The position numbers and the translations under genes were made by a program. 53,243 nucleotides of DNA. It comes from Verrucomicrobiota bacterium (GTDB lineage Bacteria; Chlamydiota; Chlamydiia; Chlamydiales; Rhabdochlamydiaceae). This document shows, one piece after another, positions 18,999 to 29,020 of this stretch. Every line of letters begins with the position of its first letter. The first letter of the stretch is position 1. The notes beneath the pieces were generated by a model. It was not told the origin of the DNA. It saw nothing but the letters and a program-made list of their open reading frames with translations, and searched no databases. The stretch lies in assembly GCA_018239725.1 (NCBI GenBank), contig JAFEGU010000114.1:1-53243 (forward strand), read 5' to 3'.

Positions 18999-20768
18999 AT
19001 GAGTAGATGGGTTAAATTCATTTTTTTATTTTTAGGCGTCGCATCTGCTTTTTTTCTAGGCACACAATTCAAAAGCGATGGAAAGTTTGCAAAAAAAACC
19101 CTCAGCTTATTTCGTTCTTCCAAGGCTCAGCCATCTTATGCCGTCAATGAGCATAAGCCGTTTGTGATCATCGTTCCCTCGTTTAACAACAGTCTGTGGG
19201 TAGAAAAGAATTTAAGATCGATCTTCGAGCAAAAATATGACAATTACCGCGTCATCTACATCAATGATGCTTCGACCGACTCGACATTACTCCAGGTGGA
19301 AGAGCTGGTCGATTCTTGGGGAGAGCGGCATCGGTTCGAGATCGTCAACAATGCGGCTAACCGGGGCGCAATGGAAAATATTTATCGGGCGGTGCATCGA
19401 TGCGATCCTGATGAAGTTGTGCTTGTATTAGACGGCGATGACTGGTTTGCCCATGATCGTGTCCTGGAGAAGTTAAATGAGGTCTATGCCGATCCAGATG
19501 TTTGGGTCACATGGGGCAGTTATGTGGAATATCCCAACTACTCTTCTTATCATGTCGCCAACTTTGCACAGCCGTTGCCTCAATCGGTCATCGACGGCCG
19601 GAAAATCCGTCAGTATTCAAAAAACCATTGGTGCTTTTCCCAGCTGAGGACGTTTTATGCAGGGCTCTTTCAAAAATTAAAGCTCAAAGACCTTGCGTAT
19701 GAAGGGAAGTTTGTTGATGCCGCCAACGACGTCGCCTTTTTTGTTCCTGTTATGGAAATGGCAGGACCTCATGTTCGCTATGTACCGGAAATTTTGTACA
19801 TTTGGAACCGGGCAACCCCTTTAAATGATGACAAGATTAGAGGCAGACGGCAGCTCGAGATTGCGCAAGCGATCTATCGAAGACCCTCTTACATGCCGCT
19901 GCCTGAACTGCCAAAGTCGGAAGAAGATCTGCACCAAACCGCAGATTTTATTATTTTTTCCTATGATAGGCCATTGCAGCTCTATGCCCTTCTTGAGTCG
20001 ATTGAAAAATATTGCTCTGGCATCGAACAGATTACTGTCATTTATCGAAGCAGCGGAGCGGAATACGATGAGGGATATCATCAGGTAAGCGATGATTTCC
20101 CAAATGTCAACATGGTTCAGCAAGGTTCTTCTCCTCATAAAGATTTTCAGCCGAATGTCATCCGCGCTTTGAAAAGCGGCGGCTCTGAATATTTCATCTT
20201 TGCTGTCGATGATATTGTGATTACAGACACGATCGATGTTTCCAAAGGAATATCAGCTCTGCAGAAGACGGGAGCTTATGGCTTCTTTTACCGGTTGGGA
20301 AAAGAGATCAATTACGATTATATGCTCGATATGACTATCCATCAGCCATCCTTTATGCAAGTCGATCAGGATGTCTATGCATGGATATTTAAACAGCAGC
20401 AAGGGTATTGGGGCTATCCGACGTCGACGGATGTGGCCCTTTATAACAAACAGACGGTGCTGCGGCAATTCGACAAGATTACCTTTTCCAATCCTAACCA
20501 GATGGAAAGCGAGTGGCTTAAAGTAGCCAGCCCAAGAAGGGTCGGTCTTTGCCATGAGACCTCTCGAATGGTCAATATCCCTCTGAACCTCGTGCACAAT
20601 TCGACAAACCGCAATATGCAGCGCTTCAGCCCCAAAGAGCTGTTGGAGGCGTTCAACGATAAAAAGAAGATGGATATTGAACCTCTGCACCACTATCTGC
20701 ATCATTCCGCCCATATTGATTATGATCCCACATTTACAGGGAGAGAGCCTAGGGGCGCGAAGCGATGA
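18999..20768 (+). CDS. Two-domain glycosyltransferase: N-terminal anchor, GT2-like GT-A domain, then a second DxD-containing GT-like domain
   Basis: Start placed at MSRWVKFIFLFLGVASAFFLG, because the ORF-track start at 18672 overlaps topA. Domain 1: FVIIVPSFNN...YINDASTD...VLDGDDW. Domain 2: DFIIFSYDRPLQL...IFAVDDIV. Confidence 0.72.
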   Translation: MSRWVKFIFLFLGVASAFFLGTQFKSDGKFAKKTLSLFRSSKAQPSYAVNEHKPFVIIVPSFNNSLWVEKNLRSIFEQKYDNYRVIYINDASTDSTLLQVEELVDSWGERHRFEIVNNAANRGAMENIYRAVHRCDPDEVVLVLDGDDWFAHDRVLEKLNEVYADPDVWVTWGSYVEYPNYSSYHVANFAQPLPQSVIDGRKIRQYSKNHWCFSQLRTFYAGLFQKLKLKDLAYEGKFVDAANDVAFFVPVMEMAGPHVRYVPEILYIWNRATPLNDDKIRGRRQLEIAQAIYRRPSYMPLPELPKSEEDLHQTADFIIFSYDRPLQLYALLESIEKYCSGIEQITVIYRSSGAEYDEGYHQVSDDFPNVNMVQQGSSPHKDFQPNVIRALKSGGSEYFIFAVDDIVITDTIDVSKGISALQKTGAYGFFYRLGKEINYDYMLDMTIHQPSFMQVDQDVYAWIFKQQQGYWGYPTSTDVALYNKQTVLRQFDKITFSNPNQMESEWLKVASPRRVGLCHETSRMVNIPLNLVHNSTNRNMQRFSPKELLEAFNDKKKMDIEPLHHYLHHSAHIDYDPTFTGREPRGAKR

Positions 20769-21703
20769 AAAAGTTCATCAAGGCGGTTTTTTTCATCTTG
20801 GCTTTGCCTATCGTGTTCCTTTTAGGGCTCAACAGCAAAAAAACTCTGGTTTCCCTCAAAAAAAAATGGACTCCAAAAGCGGTGGAAGCTGTGTTCCCCG
20901 TTTTGGAGCATAAGCCCTTTGTTGTCATCGTTCCATCTTTCAATAATGAGAAATGGGTCGCTAAAAACCTCGGTTCGATCTTAGAGCAAAATTACGATAA
21001 TTTTCGCATCATTTACATCAATGACGCTTCGACTGATGAAACGAAGTTTAAAGTTGAAAAATATTTTGAGGAGCATGCGAACGGCATCCCATACGAGCTC
21101 TGGGACAACAGATCGAATCTTGGCGCATCGGAAAACATTTACCGTGCGGTGATGAGCTGTGAAAATGACGAAATCATTGTGATTGTAGATGGAGATGATT
21201 GGCTAGCGCACGATCACGTTTTACAACGTTTGAACGAGGTCTACGCAGATCCTGATGTATGGATGACCTGCGGAAACCACCTTCAATATGTCCCTTATAC
21301 CTTCATTAGGGCTGATGCTGCAGGGGGAATCCCCAAAGAAGTCCAAAACTCAAACAGCCTCCGCTCCTATGTTCAATACAAATATCCCCTCTCACATTTG
21401 AAAACTTTCTATACAGCTTTGTTTAAAAAAGTGAAATTTGAAGATTTTCAGATCGACGGCCATTTTTTTGATTGCACTTCCGATGTGGCTATGATGGTCC
21501 CGATGGCAGAGATGGCAGGATCCCACTACCGCCATATCCGAGATATCCTCTACATCTACAACCATGTGACTCCTATGAACGACGATAAGATCCGGTTTAA
21601 AAGGCAGCAGGAGTGTTTGCACAACATCTGTTCCCGCCCTCCTTACAAACCTTTATCTAATCTTATCCTAGATGCAAATAAGGAGCAGATTGCTAACCGA
21701 TGA
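20765..21703 (+). CDS. GT2-like glycosyltransferase, single-domain paralog of the preceding gene's domain 1
   Basis: MKKFIKAVFFILALPIVFLLGL anchor. FVVIVPSFNNEKWVAKNL...YINDASTDET...IVDGDDWLAHDHVLQRLNEVYADPDVW aligns along its length with 18999-20768. Confidence 0.75.
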   Translation: MKKFIKAVFFILALPIVFLLGLNSKKTLVSLKKKWTPKAVEAVFPVLEHKPFVVIVPSFNNEKWVAKNLGSILEQNYDNFRIIYINDASTDETKFKVEKYFEEHANGIPYELWDNRSNLGASENIYRAVMSCENDEIIVIVDGDDWLAHDHVLQRLNEVYADPDVWMTCGNHLQYVPYTFIRADAAGGIPKEVQNSNSLRSYVQYKYPLSHLKTFYTALFKKVKFEDFQIDGHFFDCTSDVAMMVPMAEMAGSHYRHIRDILYIYNHVTPMNDDKIRFKRQQECLHNICSRPPYKPLSNLILDANKEQIANR

Positions 21704-22737
21704 ACAGGCTGCTTATCTTCTTTTTTCTTTTTCTATTACCCTTTTTTGTGCACTCAGAGAGTTTGCCCAATTTTGACAAAGCGATGGGAAAGGGAACGAC
21801 GGCTTGGGATTGTATACGCACGCCGGAAGATCGTAAGCTCCTAGACGAGTTCCGTTTGCATTATGAAAAAAATCGAAATCTGGAAAGAACTTCAGATATC
21901 GAGCATATTCCTAAAGTCTTGCATTGGATTTGGTTAGGGCCTAGGCCCTTTCCCTCCGAATCCCTTGTTCGCATGCATCAGTGGATCGAACTCCATCCCG
22001 GATGGACGTTTAAACTCTGGACCGACCAACCGCGAAACGCCCTTCCTCCGGAAGTGGAAATTTCGGATCCCCTTGCCCATCTAGGGGCTTTGACCGACTG
22101 TTATTTCAATTCCGATAATTTTGGAGAAAAATCGGAAGTGCTCCGCCTAGCCATTCTGCATGCCGAGGGCGGGGTCTATTTGGACCATGACATGGAGCCG
22201 ATCCGATCGTTGGACCCGCTTGTTTCCGATTTTTCCTTTTTTTGCGGGCTTGAAACGTTAATGACGACTTTATTGAGCTCATCCGTTTATCCAGCTACCA
22301 ACCTGATCGCTTCCTCCCAGAACCATCCCATTCTCCAAGAAGCAATCCGATGGTTAAAGTCGAATTGGGACCGGCTTGAGATCCATTTTCCAGGGTCCGA
22401 CGAGGCAGCCGTGGAAAATCGGGTCAAACATCGAGGGTTTCGTGCGCTTAGCTATGGCGTGGCGATAGCAAAAAACACACCCTGCTCGATTGTCTTTCCT
22501 TCCGCATTTTTCAGCGAGCCCCTTTTGGAAAAAGGGATCTATGCCGCTCACTACCATCTCGCATCCTGGTTAAAAAAAGAAGAAGAGGAGAAGGTCCGCC
22601 ATGCCTTTATCGAAGCAGAAGAGCAGGTCGGCCTTTCTACAATCGTTACTATTTTGTTTGGCGTCATTAATCTAGTTTTAGGGATCTTTCTTTTAAGAAA
22701 GTTAGGTTTCCCGTTTAGGAAGAGGGCGGAGCAATGA
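21700..22737 (+). CDS. GT32-like glycosyltransferase (sugar-binding region with DXD motif), N-terminal signal/anchor and C-terminal TM
   Basis: IPKVLHWIWLGPRPFP, FKLWTD, EKSEVLRLAILHAEGGVYLDHD (DXD), C-terminal LSTIVTILFGVINLVLGIFLL. Confidence 0.75.
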   Translation: MNRLLIFFFLFLLPFFVHSESLPNFDKAMGKGTTAWDCIRTPEDRKLLDEFRLHYEKNRNLERTSDIEHIPKVLHWIWLGPRPFPSESLVRMHQWIELHPGWTFKLWTDQPRNALPPEVEISDPLAHLGALTDCYFNSDNFGEKSEVLRLAILHAEGGVYLDHDMEPIRSLDPLVSDFSFFCGLETLMTTLLSSSVYPATNLIASSQNHPILQEAIRWLKSNWDRLEIHFPGSDEAAVENRVKHRGFRALSYGVAIAKNTPCSIVFPSAFFSEPLLEKGIYAAHYHLASWLKKEEEEKVRHAFIEAEEQVGLSTIVTILFGVINLVLGIFLLRKLGFPFRKRAEQ

Positions 22738-23807
22738 GGTCAATTATTTGTGCAGCCATCCTGGCTGTTGCTGCAATCATGCCGGGCTTCGCCATTGAGA
22801 AGCATATCGACTACAACGATTTTTCGGCATTAATGGGCAAGGGGACTCCCCACTGGAACCATTTGCAGCAGCCAACAGACCTTGCCATGCTGGAGCGTTT
22901 CGAATCGCTCTATCAGAGAAACAAAGATGCCCAGTTTTCTGCCTCCGCAAATGAGAAAATTCCGCGGGTTATCCATTTTATTTGGCTGGGGCCGAGAACT
23001 TTCCCCCCTAAATCGGTGGAGAACCTAAGATCATGGATCGCCTATCATCCTGATTGGAAGATCAAATTTTGGACAGATCGAGACCGGGAGCCTCCCTGTG
23101 CGGGAGTTGAAATGATTGATATTTCGAATGTGCGGTTTACGAAGCTGGAAAAGTGTTTCCATGACTCACGGAACTGGGCGGAGAAATCAGATCTGCTGCG
23201 GTATGAGATCCTTTTAGAAGAAGGGGGCGTTTACGTCGACCACGACACCTACTGCATCGCTTCTTTTGATCCGTTAGTGCGAGGATATGACTTTTTTTGC
23301 TGCCTGGAGGCGCCGCACGAGCCCTTTGTAGGCATCAACATCACTGTTTGGAACGGATTAATCGGCTCCCGCCCAGGACATCCAACGCTTTCCAAAGTAA
23401 TCGATCTAGTTGCCGACCGATGGGACGATGTCGGGTATCGCTTTCGGGGAAAAGACCTCTATTCTCAAGTGGAGGTCGTCATGCAGCGGACATACATTGC
23501 TTTTACTCAAGCACTCGAAGGCTCGCTTGATCAAAGCGGCAATACCGATATTGTCTTCCCCGCTGCGTATTTTTTTGCTAAAAGCGGCATCCCATCGATC
23601 TATTCGAAACACTTTTCTCTGACCATGTGGGACTCTTTCAAGTACCGGAAATCGGAGATCGAAAAGCTTGGAGAAAGGTCGTTATCAAAAATCCGCCGCA
23701 AGAGCAGCAAAACCATGTATGCAACTGGAGGGTTCTTCCTCCTCAGTTCTTTATTTTTAGCGCTGTCAATAAAACTCATTCGTCGAAAAGGATACGAAAA
23801 TGAATAA
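22734..23807 (+). CDS. GT32-like glycosyltransferase paralog 2
   Basis: IPRVIHFIWLGPRTFPPKS, IKFWTD, EKSDLLRYEILLEEGGVYVDHD, C-terminal TM GGFFLLSSLFLALSIKLI. Confidence 0.75.
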   Translation: MRSIICAAILAVAAIMPGFAIEKHIDYNDFSALMGKGTPHWNHLQQPTDLAMLERFESLYQRNKDAQFSASANEKIPRVIHFIWLGPRTFPPKSVENLRSWIAYHPDWKIKFWTDRDREPPCAGVEMIDISNVRFTKLEKCFHDSRNWAEKSDLLRYEILLEEGGVYVDHDTYCIASFDPLVRGYDFFCCLEAPHEPFVGINITVWNGLIGSRPGHPTLSKVIDLVADRWDDVGYRFRGKDLYSQVEVVMQRTYIAFTQALEGSLDQSGNTDIVFPAAYFFAKSGIPSIYSKHFSLTMWDSFKYRKSEIEKLGERSLSKIRRKSSKTMYATGGFFLLSSLFLALSIKLIRRKGYENE

Positions 23808-24858
23808 AACCCGTTCAACCTTGGCCTCGATTTTGCTTAAGCTTATCAAAGGCTCTAAACGAAAAAAGGTTTATTCCAAGCCCGCATCGGACGACTTTGA
23901 GAGCCTGACTGGAAAAGAGCTTTCTACGTGGCAATATGTTCAAACGAAGGAAGATTTTGAGCATTTGAAATTCTACAAATCCCTGTATGAGAGCCAAAAG
24001 ACCTATCATACAGAGCCAGTCCATTCGTTTAGGGTTCCGCAGATCCTGCACTTCATTTGGATCGGCGGCCGCTCATTTCCTCGGGAATCGGTTGAAAATG
24101 TCAGAACATGGATGGCCAAGCATCCCAGTTGGACGATCAAATTTTGGACCGACCGCGAACGCCCTGTCCCAGTTCCTGGGATGGAGTTCAATAACATTTC
24201 TAATCTGAACATGCCCACCCTCGGACCTTGTTTTGAAAAAAGCGATAATTATGGAGAGAAATCAGACCTATTGCGTTTAGAGATCCTCTATCGTGACGGA
24301 GGCGTCTATGTCGACCATGATGTGAAGTGTTTTAAATCGTTCGACCCGCTGAACGCTGCCTACGACTTCTATTGCGGCATCGATATGCCCTATCGCAGCA
24401 GCCTCCCCTCTTGCATCTATACGACCAACAACCTGATCGGCGTCAAGCCGCACCATCCCATTATCTTGCATTCGATGAAGTTCATCGAACAGCAGTGGGA
24501 CTCGCTTCAAAAAGCCTACCCAGGAGACGATCGAGACTCGATGCTCAACCGCGTTTTGCATCGGACATTCTGGCTTTTTGGCGAAGCGGTCAAGCAGTTT
24601 AGCTGCCAACAAGGGAATAGGGACATTGTTTTTCCGGCCTACTATTTTGATGCGCCCCATGATGATCTGGCGATCTGGGCCCGCCATCAGTATGCAGGTG
24701 TTTGGCATGAGACGGAAACCCCGTTTGAAAAGATGGTCAGGCAGCGCCTCGTCTACTTGAGCAAAAAAAGCAATAAGATGCTCCTCTTCGTCGGCCTGAT
24801 GTTTGGACTCAACTTGATCGGATTCCTAGTCCTATTCTTGATGATTAAGTTCAAATAG
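23800..24858 (+). CDS. GT32-like glycosyltransferase paralog 3 (no hydrophobic N-terminus, C-terminal TM)
   Basis: VPQILHFIWIGGRSFPRES, IKFWTD, EKSDLLRLEILYRDGGVYVDHD, C-terminal MLLFVGLMFGLNLIGFLVLFLMI. Confidence 0.75.
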   Translation: MNKTRSTLASILLKLIKGSKRKKVYSKPASDDFESLTGKELSTWQYVQTKEDFEHLKFYKSLYESQKTYHTEPVHSFRVPQILHFIWIGGRSFPRESVENVRTWMAKHPSWTIKFWTDRERPVPVPGMEFNNISNLNMPTLGPCFEKSDNYGEKSDLLRLEILYRDGGVYVDHDVKCFKSFDPLNAAYDFYCGIDMPYRSSLPSCIYTTNNLIGVKPHHPIILHSMKFIEQQWDSLQKAYPGDDRDSMLNRVLHRTFWLFGEAVKQFSCQQGNRDIVFPAYYFDAPHDDLAIWARHQYAGVWHETETPFEKMVRQRLVYLSKKSNKMLLFVGLMFGLNLIGFLVLFLMIKFK

Positions 24859-25058
24859 GCCGGCCGATCGTTATTGATCCAAAAAATCGACAGAAACTAA
24901 ATTCGTTAACAGTCTCTTACCCATAATAAGAGTCGATATGCATTGCAAGATGGAGTAGTTTTGCTTGGACTGAAATAAAAATTTTAGTTATGTCTTTATT
25001 CCACTAGAAATGTTCTTTACGTAGATACACCTCAAGTTTTCACAAATTCGAGACTGGA

Positions 25059-25793
25059 ATGAAGGCGAAACATTTTTTATCTTTATCTCTGATTTTTTTT
25101 TCGTTTTTTATCGGTAACGTACAAAGCGCCCGCTTCCCAGATGCAGATCCAATAACTCACTATATTGATCTCGGCCACGTTAATATGTCTTATCAGTTGG
25201 GATATATCGATTCAAATCTTGCTAATGGGGCATTTAATGGCGCTCCAGAAATCAGTCTTTTTGTGAATATGCTCAGATCTCGATACAATATCCATGTGGC
25301 TATTGAAACTGGGTCGTTATACGGTCATACAGCCGCTTTTCTTGCTAGCACATTCGACGAGATCCATACGATTGAAATTGTTCCATCCAATTATCTGACT
25401 TCACAAAATACATTGTATCCCTTTCCTAATGCAGTTTGCCATCTTGGATCCTCTGAAGAAGTATTAAAGGAGCTTTTGCCATTGCTCAAAGGGAAATCAT
25501 TGCTTTTTTATCTGGATGCCCATTGGAATGAATATTGGCCATTGTTGAATGAGCTTGAGGAGATCAGCAAAACCCATAAAGACAACTGCATCATTATCAT
25601 TGATGATTTCAAAGTTCCTGGAAGACCGGACATTGCATATGATGCCTATGGCGAACATGAATGTTCGTACGAGTATGTAGGAAATGCGCTAGATAAAATA
25701 TACTCGTCTTATGATTATTATTATGTTTTGCCCAGAAGAGTTGAGAGTAGAGCTAAGTTGGTTGTAATTCCCAAAAAATGGCGAGTATTATAG
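25059..25793 (+). CDS. Putative SAM-dependent methyltransferase-fold protein with signal peptide (paralog A)
   Basis: MKAKHFLSLSLIFFSFFIGNVQS. AIETGSLYGHTAAFLA (motif I-like), LLFYLDAHW, IIIIDDFKVPG. The family assignment is weak. Confidence 0.5.
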   Translation: MKAKHFLSLSLIFFSFFIGNVQSARFPDADPITHYIDLGHVNMSYQLGYIDSNLANGAFNGAPEISLFVNMLRSRYNIHVAIETGSLYGHTAAFLASTFDEIHTIEIVPSNYLTSQNTLYPFPNAVCHLGSSEEVLKELLPLLKGKSLLFYLDAHWNEYWPLLNELEEISKTHKDNCIIIIDDFKVPGRPDIAYDAYGEHECSYEYVGNALDKIYSSYDYYYVLPRRVESRAKLVVIPKKWRVL

Positions 25794-25839
25794 AGAAATA
25801 ACAGAGTTCTACGTCACCAATTTGATGAAATGAATCTAA

Positions 25840-26826
25840 ATGATCAAAGTTTCAATTTTGTTTCTTAAGGTGTTTTCGAGCATTTCATTTTTATTGCCTA
25901 TTAGCAGCATAGCTACAAACTATGCCACTATTTGTGATAAAGACGGAAGTTTTAGTATCCGAAATCAATTTGCTGTCCAACTTTTAGATATTTGTTCCGT
26001 ATTGGCTTTTGCGTGGGATAATCAATTAGTTCCCTATTTCCCGACCGAATTTTTACTGAGCACAAAAGGCGCAAGCATCAATTATCCTTATGTTTTTTTT
26101 CGGCTAAATCAGGAATTGCCTGAAGATATCGAAAAAAGCCCGCCCATTCATATTCGGGAACGTTGCCCCTATGCCCCTTTAGGCAGAAACGAAATGAACA
26201 ACCTGCAATATGCTCCCTATGCAGGAAATAACGTGTGCATGTGTTTAGCAGGTATTTACCCTTACTATCATTATCGAGATAAATTAAGGGAATATTTTGC
26301 TCCCACTCAAGACCTTGAAAGATATTTGAAGCAAAAATATCAACAGATCATCGATCACCCAAAAACTGTTGCGTTACATATTCGGACCTATCATCCTGAA
26401 ATCACCCTGCAATTTTTTTTAGGGAGAGAATATTATCTCAATGCAATGAACCAATTTCCTGATGATTACCTATTCGTTGTATTCTCAGATCGTATTGCAT
26501 GGGCCAAGCAAGAACTAAGCGGAGCAAAGCCAAATATGGTTTTTATCGAGGAAGGGAATCATATTTTTGAGTTTTACTTAATGACCTATTGTCAAAATCA
26601 CATTATTTCAAATTCTCATTTTAGCTTTATGGCAGCCTTTTTGAAAGTTAACCCTTCCGGACAAACGCTCGTCCCAGAAGTTTGGCATAGCAATGCAAAG
26701 CCAAGTGATTACGAGGGTTTGTTTTTTCCCGGATGCATGGCTTTGCCTGTAACCAGATGCTCGCCTAACTGGGATTTGCTTAATTATCAATCGACTTCTA
26801 TGGACGAAGGAGGGCCTCAATATTAG
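25840..26826 (+). CDS. GT11-like (alpha-1,2-fucosyltransferase family) glycosyltransferase, paralog 1
   Basis: N-anchor, then DGSFSIRNQFAVQLL (GxxGNQxFQ-like), HIRTYHP (HxRRGDY-like), FVVFSDRIAWAK, HIISNSHFSFMAAFL (IxSNSTFSWWxAxL-like). Tail STSMDEGGPQY. Confidence 0.7.
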   Translation: MIKVSILFLKVFSSISFLLPISSIATNYATICDKDGSFSIRNQFAVQLLDICSVLAFAWDNQLVPYFPTEFLLSTKGASINYPYVFFRLNQELPEDIEKSPPIHIRERCPYAPLGRNEMNNLQYAPYAGNNVCMCLAGIYPYYHYRDKLREYFAPTQDLERYLKQKYQQIIDHPKTVALHIRTYHPEITLQFFLGREYYLNAMNQFPDDYLFVVFSDRIAWAKQELSGAKPNMVFIEEGNHIFEFYLMTYCQNHIISNSHFSFMAAFLKVNPSGQTLVPEVWHSNAKPSDYEGLFFPGCMALPVTRCSPNWDLLNYQSTSMDEGGPQY

Positions 26827-26836
26827 TTTCAAGAGC

Positions 26837-27811
26837 ATGTTTGATAGAATAGGTCGGAGGAGTGTTAATCCAGGCTTAATATTCTTATTGAAAATTGTTG
26901 CCTGCTTAGGATTGGCAGAGCCTACGATAAGCTTAGCTGCAAATTACGCTACCACTTGCTCATCGAATGGACCTTTTAAAACTCGGGATCAATTTGGAGT
27001 GCAGCTCAATCATATTGTATCGGTGCTCTCTTTTGCTTGGGACAACCAACTGGTCCCCTATTTTCCTCCTGAGCTATTGAGGTCCGCAAAGGGCGCTAGC
27101 ATCAATTATCCCCTTTTCTTTTCTAGGTTGAATCAACATCTTCCGTTAGATATCGATAAAACGGATCCCATCCATATGCATCATAACGACTATGCATCCT
27201 ATGCAGGGCAGAACGTATGCCGTTGTTCTGCTCCTGGATATTCTTTTTATCAACACCGAGACCGATTAAGGGAATATTTTTCCCCTTCACGATCGATCAA
27301 GAGGTATCTTAATCAGAAATATAAACAAATTCTTGATCATCCGAAGACTGTTGCGGTTCATGTGCGTACATTCCATCCAGGGATTACCCTTCAGTTATTT
27401 TTAGGGCCTGAGTATTACAAGAGTGCAATGGAACATTTCTCAGACGACCATCTGTTCGTCATCTTTTCCGACCGCATTGAATGGGCCAAGGAAAATTTAC
27501 AAGAAATAAAACCAAATATGGTGTTCATTCAAGGAGAGAGCCATATCATTGATTTTTATTTAATGACCTATTGCATCAACCATATCATTTCAAATTCCAA
27601 TTTCAGCTTTATGGCAGCATTTTTTAAGAATAATCCTTCTGGAGCAACCCTCGTCCCCGATATTTGGTTGAGCAATACATGTAAGGAAGATTATGAGGGA
27701 ATGTATTTTCCAGGATGCATCGTTTTGCCTGTAGCGCCAAGAGGATCTCCTGATTGGAATTTGCTGAATTATTCGACAACATCGATAGACGAGGGCGGAC
27801 CTCAATACTAG
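26837..27811 (+). CDS. GT11-like glycosyltransferase, paralog 2
   Basis: Same motif set (NGPFKTRDQFGVQL, HVRTFHP, FVIFSDRIEWAK, HIISNSNFSFMAAFF). Tail TTSIDEGGPQY. Lacks the 12-aa PYAPLGRNEMNxLQ segment found in paralogs 1 and 3. Confidence 0.7.
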   Translation: MFDRIGRRSVNPGLIFLLKIVACLGLAEPTISLAANYATTCSSNGPFKTRDQFGVQLNHIVSVLSFAWDNQLVPYFPPELLRSAKGASINYPLFFSRLNQHLPLDIDKTDPIHMHHNDYASYAGQNVCRCSAPGYSFYQHRDRLREYFSPSRSIKRYLNQKYKQILDHPKTVAVHVRTFHPGITLQLFLGPEYYKSAMEHFSDDHLFVIFSDRIEWAKENLQEIKPNMVFIQGESHIIDFYLMTYCINHIISNSNFSFMAAFFKNNPSGATLVPDIWLSNTCKEDYEGMYFPGCIVLPVAPRGSPDWNLLNYSTTSIDEGGPQY

Positions 27812-27854
27812 AATCTGTATAAGTGCTAAAACTTGATTGGTGCTAAGGTTTTTT

Positions 27855-28844
27855 ATGAGGCGATGGTCAACTGTTGTTTTTAGGTTGTTTGCGGGACTTG
27901 TAGTTGCTAAAGCTGCAATTGGCGTAAGCTCTAACTACGTAACAATTTGTGCATCAGATGGTTGTTTTAAAAACGGCGATCAATTTGGCGTGCAACTTTT
28001 ACATTTTTGTTCTGTGCTGGCTTTTGCATGGGATAATGAATTGTTTCCTTATTTCCCTCGTGAGTTTTTGCTAAATACGAAAGGGGCTAAAAGAAACTAT
28101 CCTCTTGTTTTCTATAGATTTAACCAGGATTTGCCCAGCGATATTGATAAGAGTGATCCAATCCATATTAAAGAGCGTTCTCCCTATGCTCCTTTAGGAA
28201 GGAATGAAATGAATCCTCTTCAATATGCTCCTTATGCTGGCCAAAATGTGTGTATGTGCGGAGCAGGGGTCTATCCCTATTTTCACTATCGAGCACACTT
28301 AAGAGAATATTTTGCTCCTTCTCCGGAGATCCAGAGCTACCTCTCTATGAAATATAAACAAATTATCGATCATCCAAAGACCGTTGCAGTGCATGTGCGC
28401 ACATTCCATCCAGGGATTACCCATCAGCTATTTTTAGGTTCAGAGTACTACAAAAGTGCAATGGACTGCTTTTCAGATGATCATCTCTTTGTCATCTTTT
28501 CCGACCGAACTGAATGGGCCAAGGAAAATTTGCAAGGAACAAAACCGAACATGTGGTTCATTCAAGATGAGAGCCATATTGTGGACTTTTATTTGATGAC
28601 CTATTGCCTGCACCATATTATTTCTAATTCCAACGTTGGCCTGATGGCTGCCTTTTTTAAAATGAACCCAGTTGGGAAAACACTTGTTCCAGAAGTTTGG
28701 CATAGCAATGCACAGCCCAAAGATTATGAGGACTGGTATTTTCCAGGATGTGTCGCTTTGCCTGTAGGGCCAAGGCGGCCAGCTGATTGGAATTTGCTCA
28801 ATTATTCGACAACATCGATCGATGAGGGCGGGCCTCAATATTAG
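27855..28844 (+). CDS. GT11-like glycosyltransferase, paralog 3
   Basis: ATG at 27855 (the ORF track uses the TTG at 27837). DGCFKNGDQFGVQLL, HVRTFHP, FVIFSDRTEWAK, HIISNSNVGLMAAFF. Tail TTSIDEGGPQY. Confidence 0.7.
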   Translation: MRRWSTVVFRLFAGLVVAKAAIGVSSNYVTICASDGCFKNGDQFGVQLLHFCSVLAFAWDNELFPYFPREFLLNTKGAKRNYPLVFYRFNQDLPSDIDKSDPIHIKERSPYAPLGRNEMNPLQYAPYAGQNVCMCGAGVYPYFHYRAHLREYFAPSPEIQSYLSMKYKQIIDHPKTVAVHVRTFHPGITHQLFLGSEYYKSAMDCFSDDHLFVIFSDRTEWAKENLQGTKPNMWFIQDESHIVDFYLMTYCLHHIISNSNVGLMAAFFKMNPVGKTLVPEVWHSNAQPKDYEDWYFPGCVALPVGPRRPADWNLLNYSTTSIDEGGPQY

Positions 28845-29020
28845 GTTTATACCGAAACAACTTGAAAAATTGGGAAGAAGATTCGTTGCTTTGAATGAAA
28901 TTCTACAGTTATATTATCTATAGCTTATTTTTTGATCTGATTTGGCATTTTTTCAAAGCATATGGTCAACCGTTGTTGCGTTATGCCGGATGAATCTGAA
29001 AAATCGAGAGGCTGCAATTG

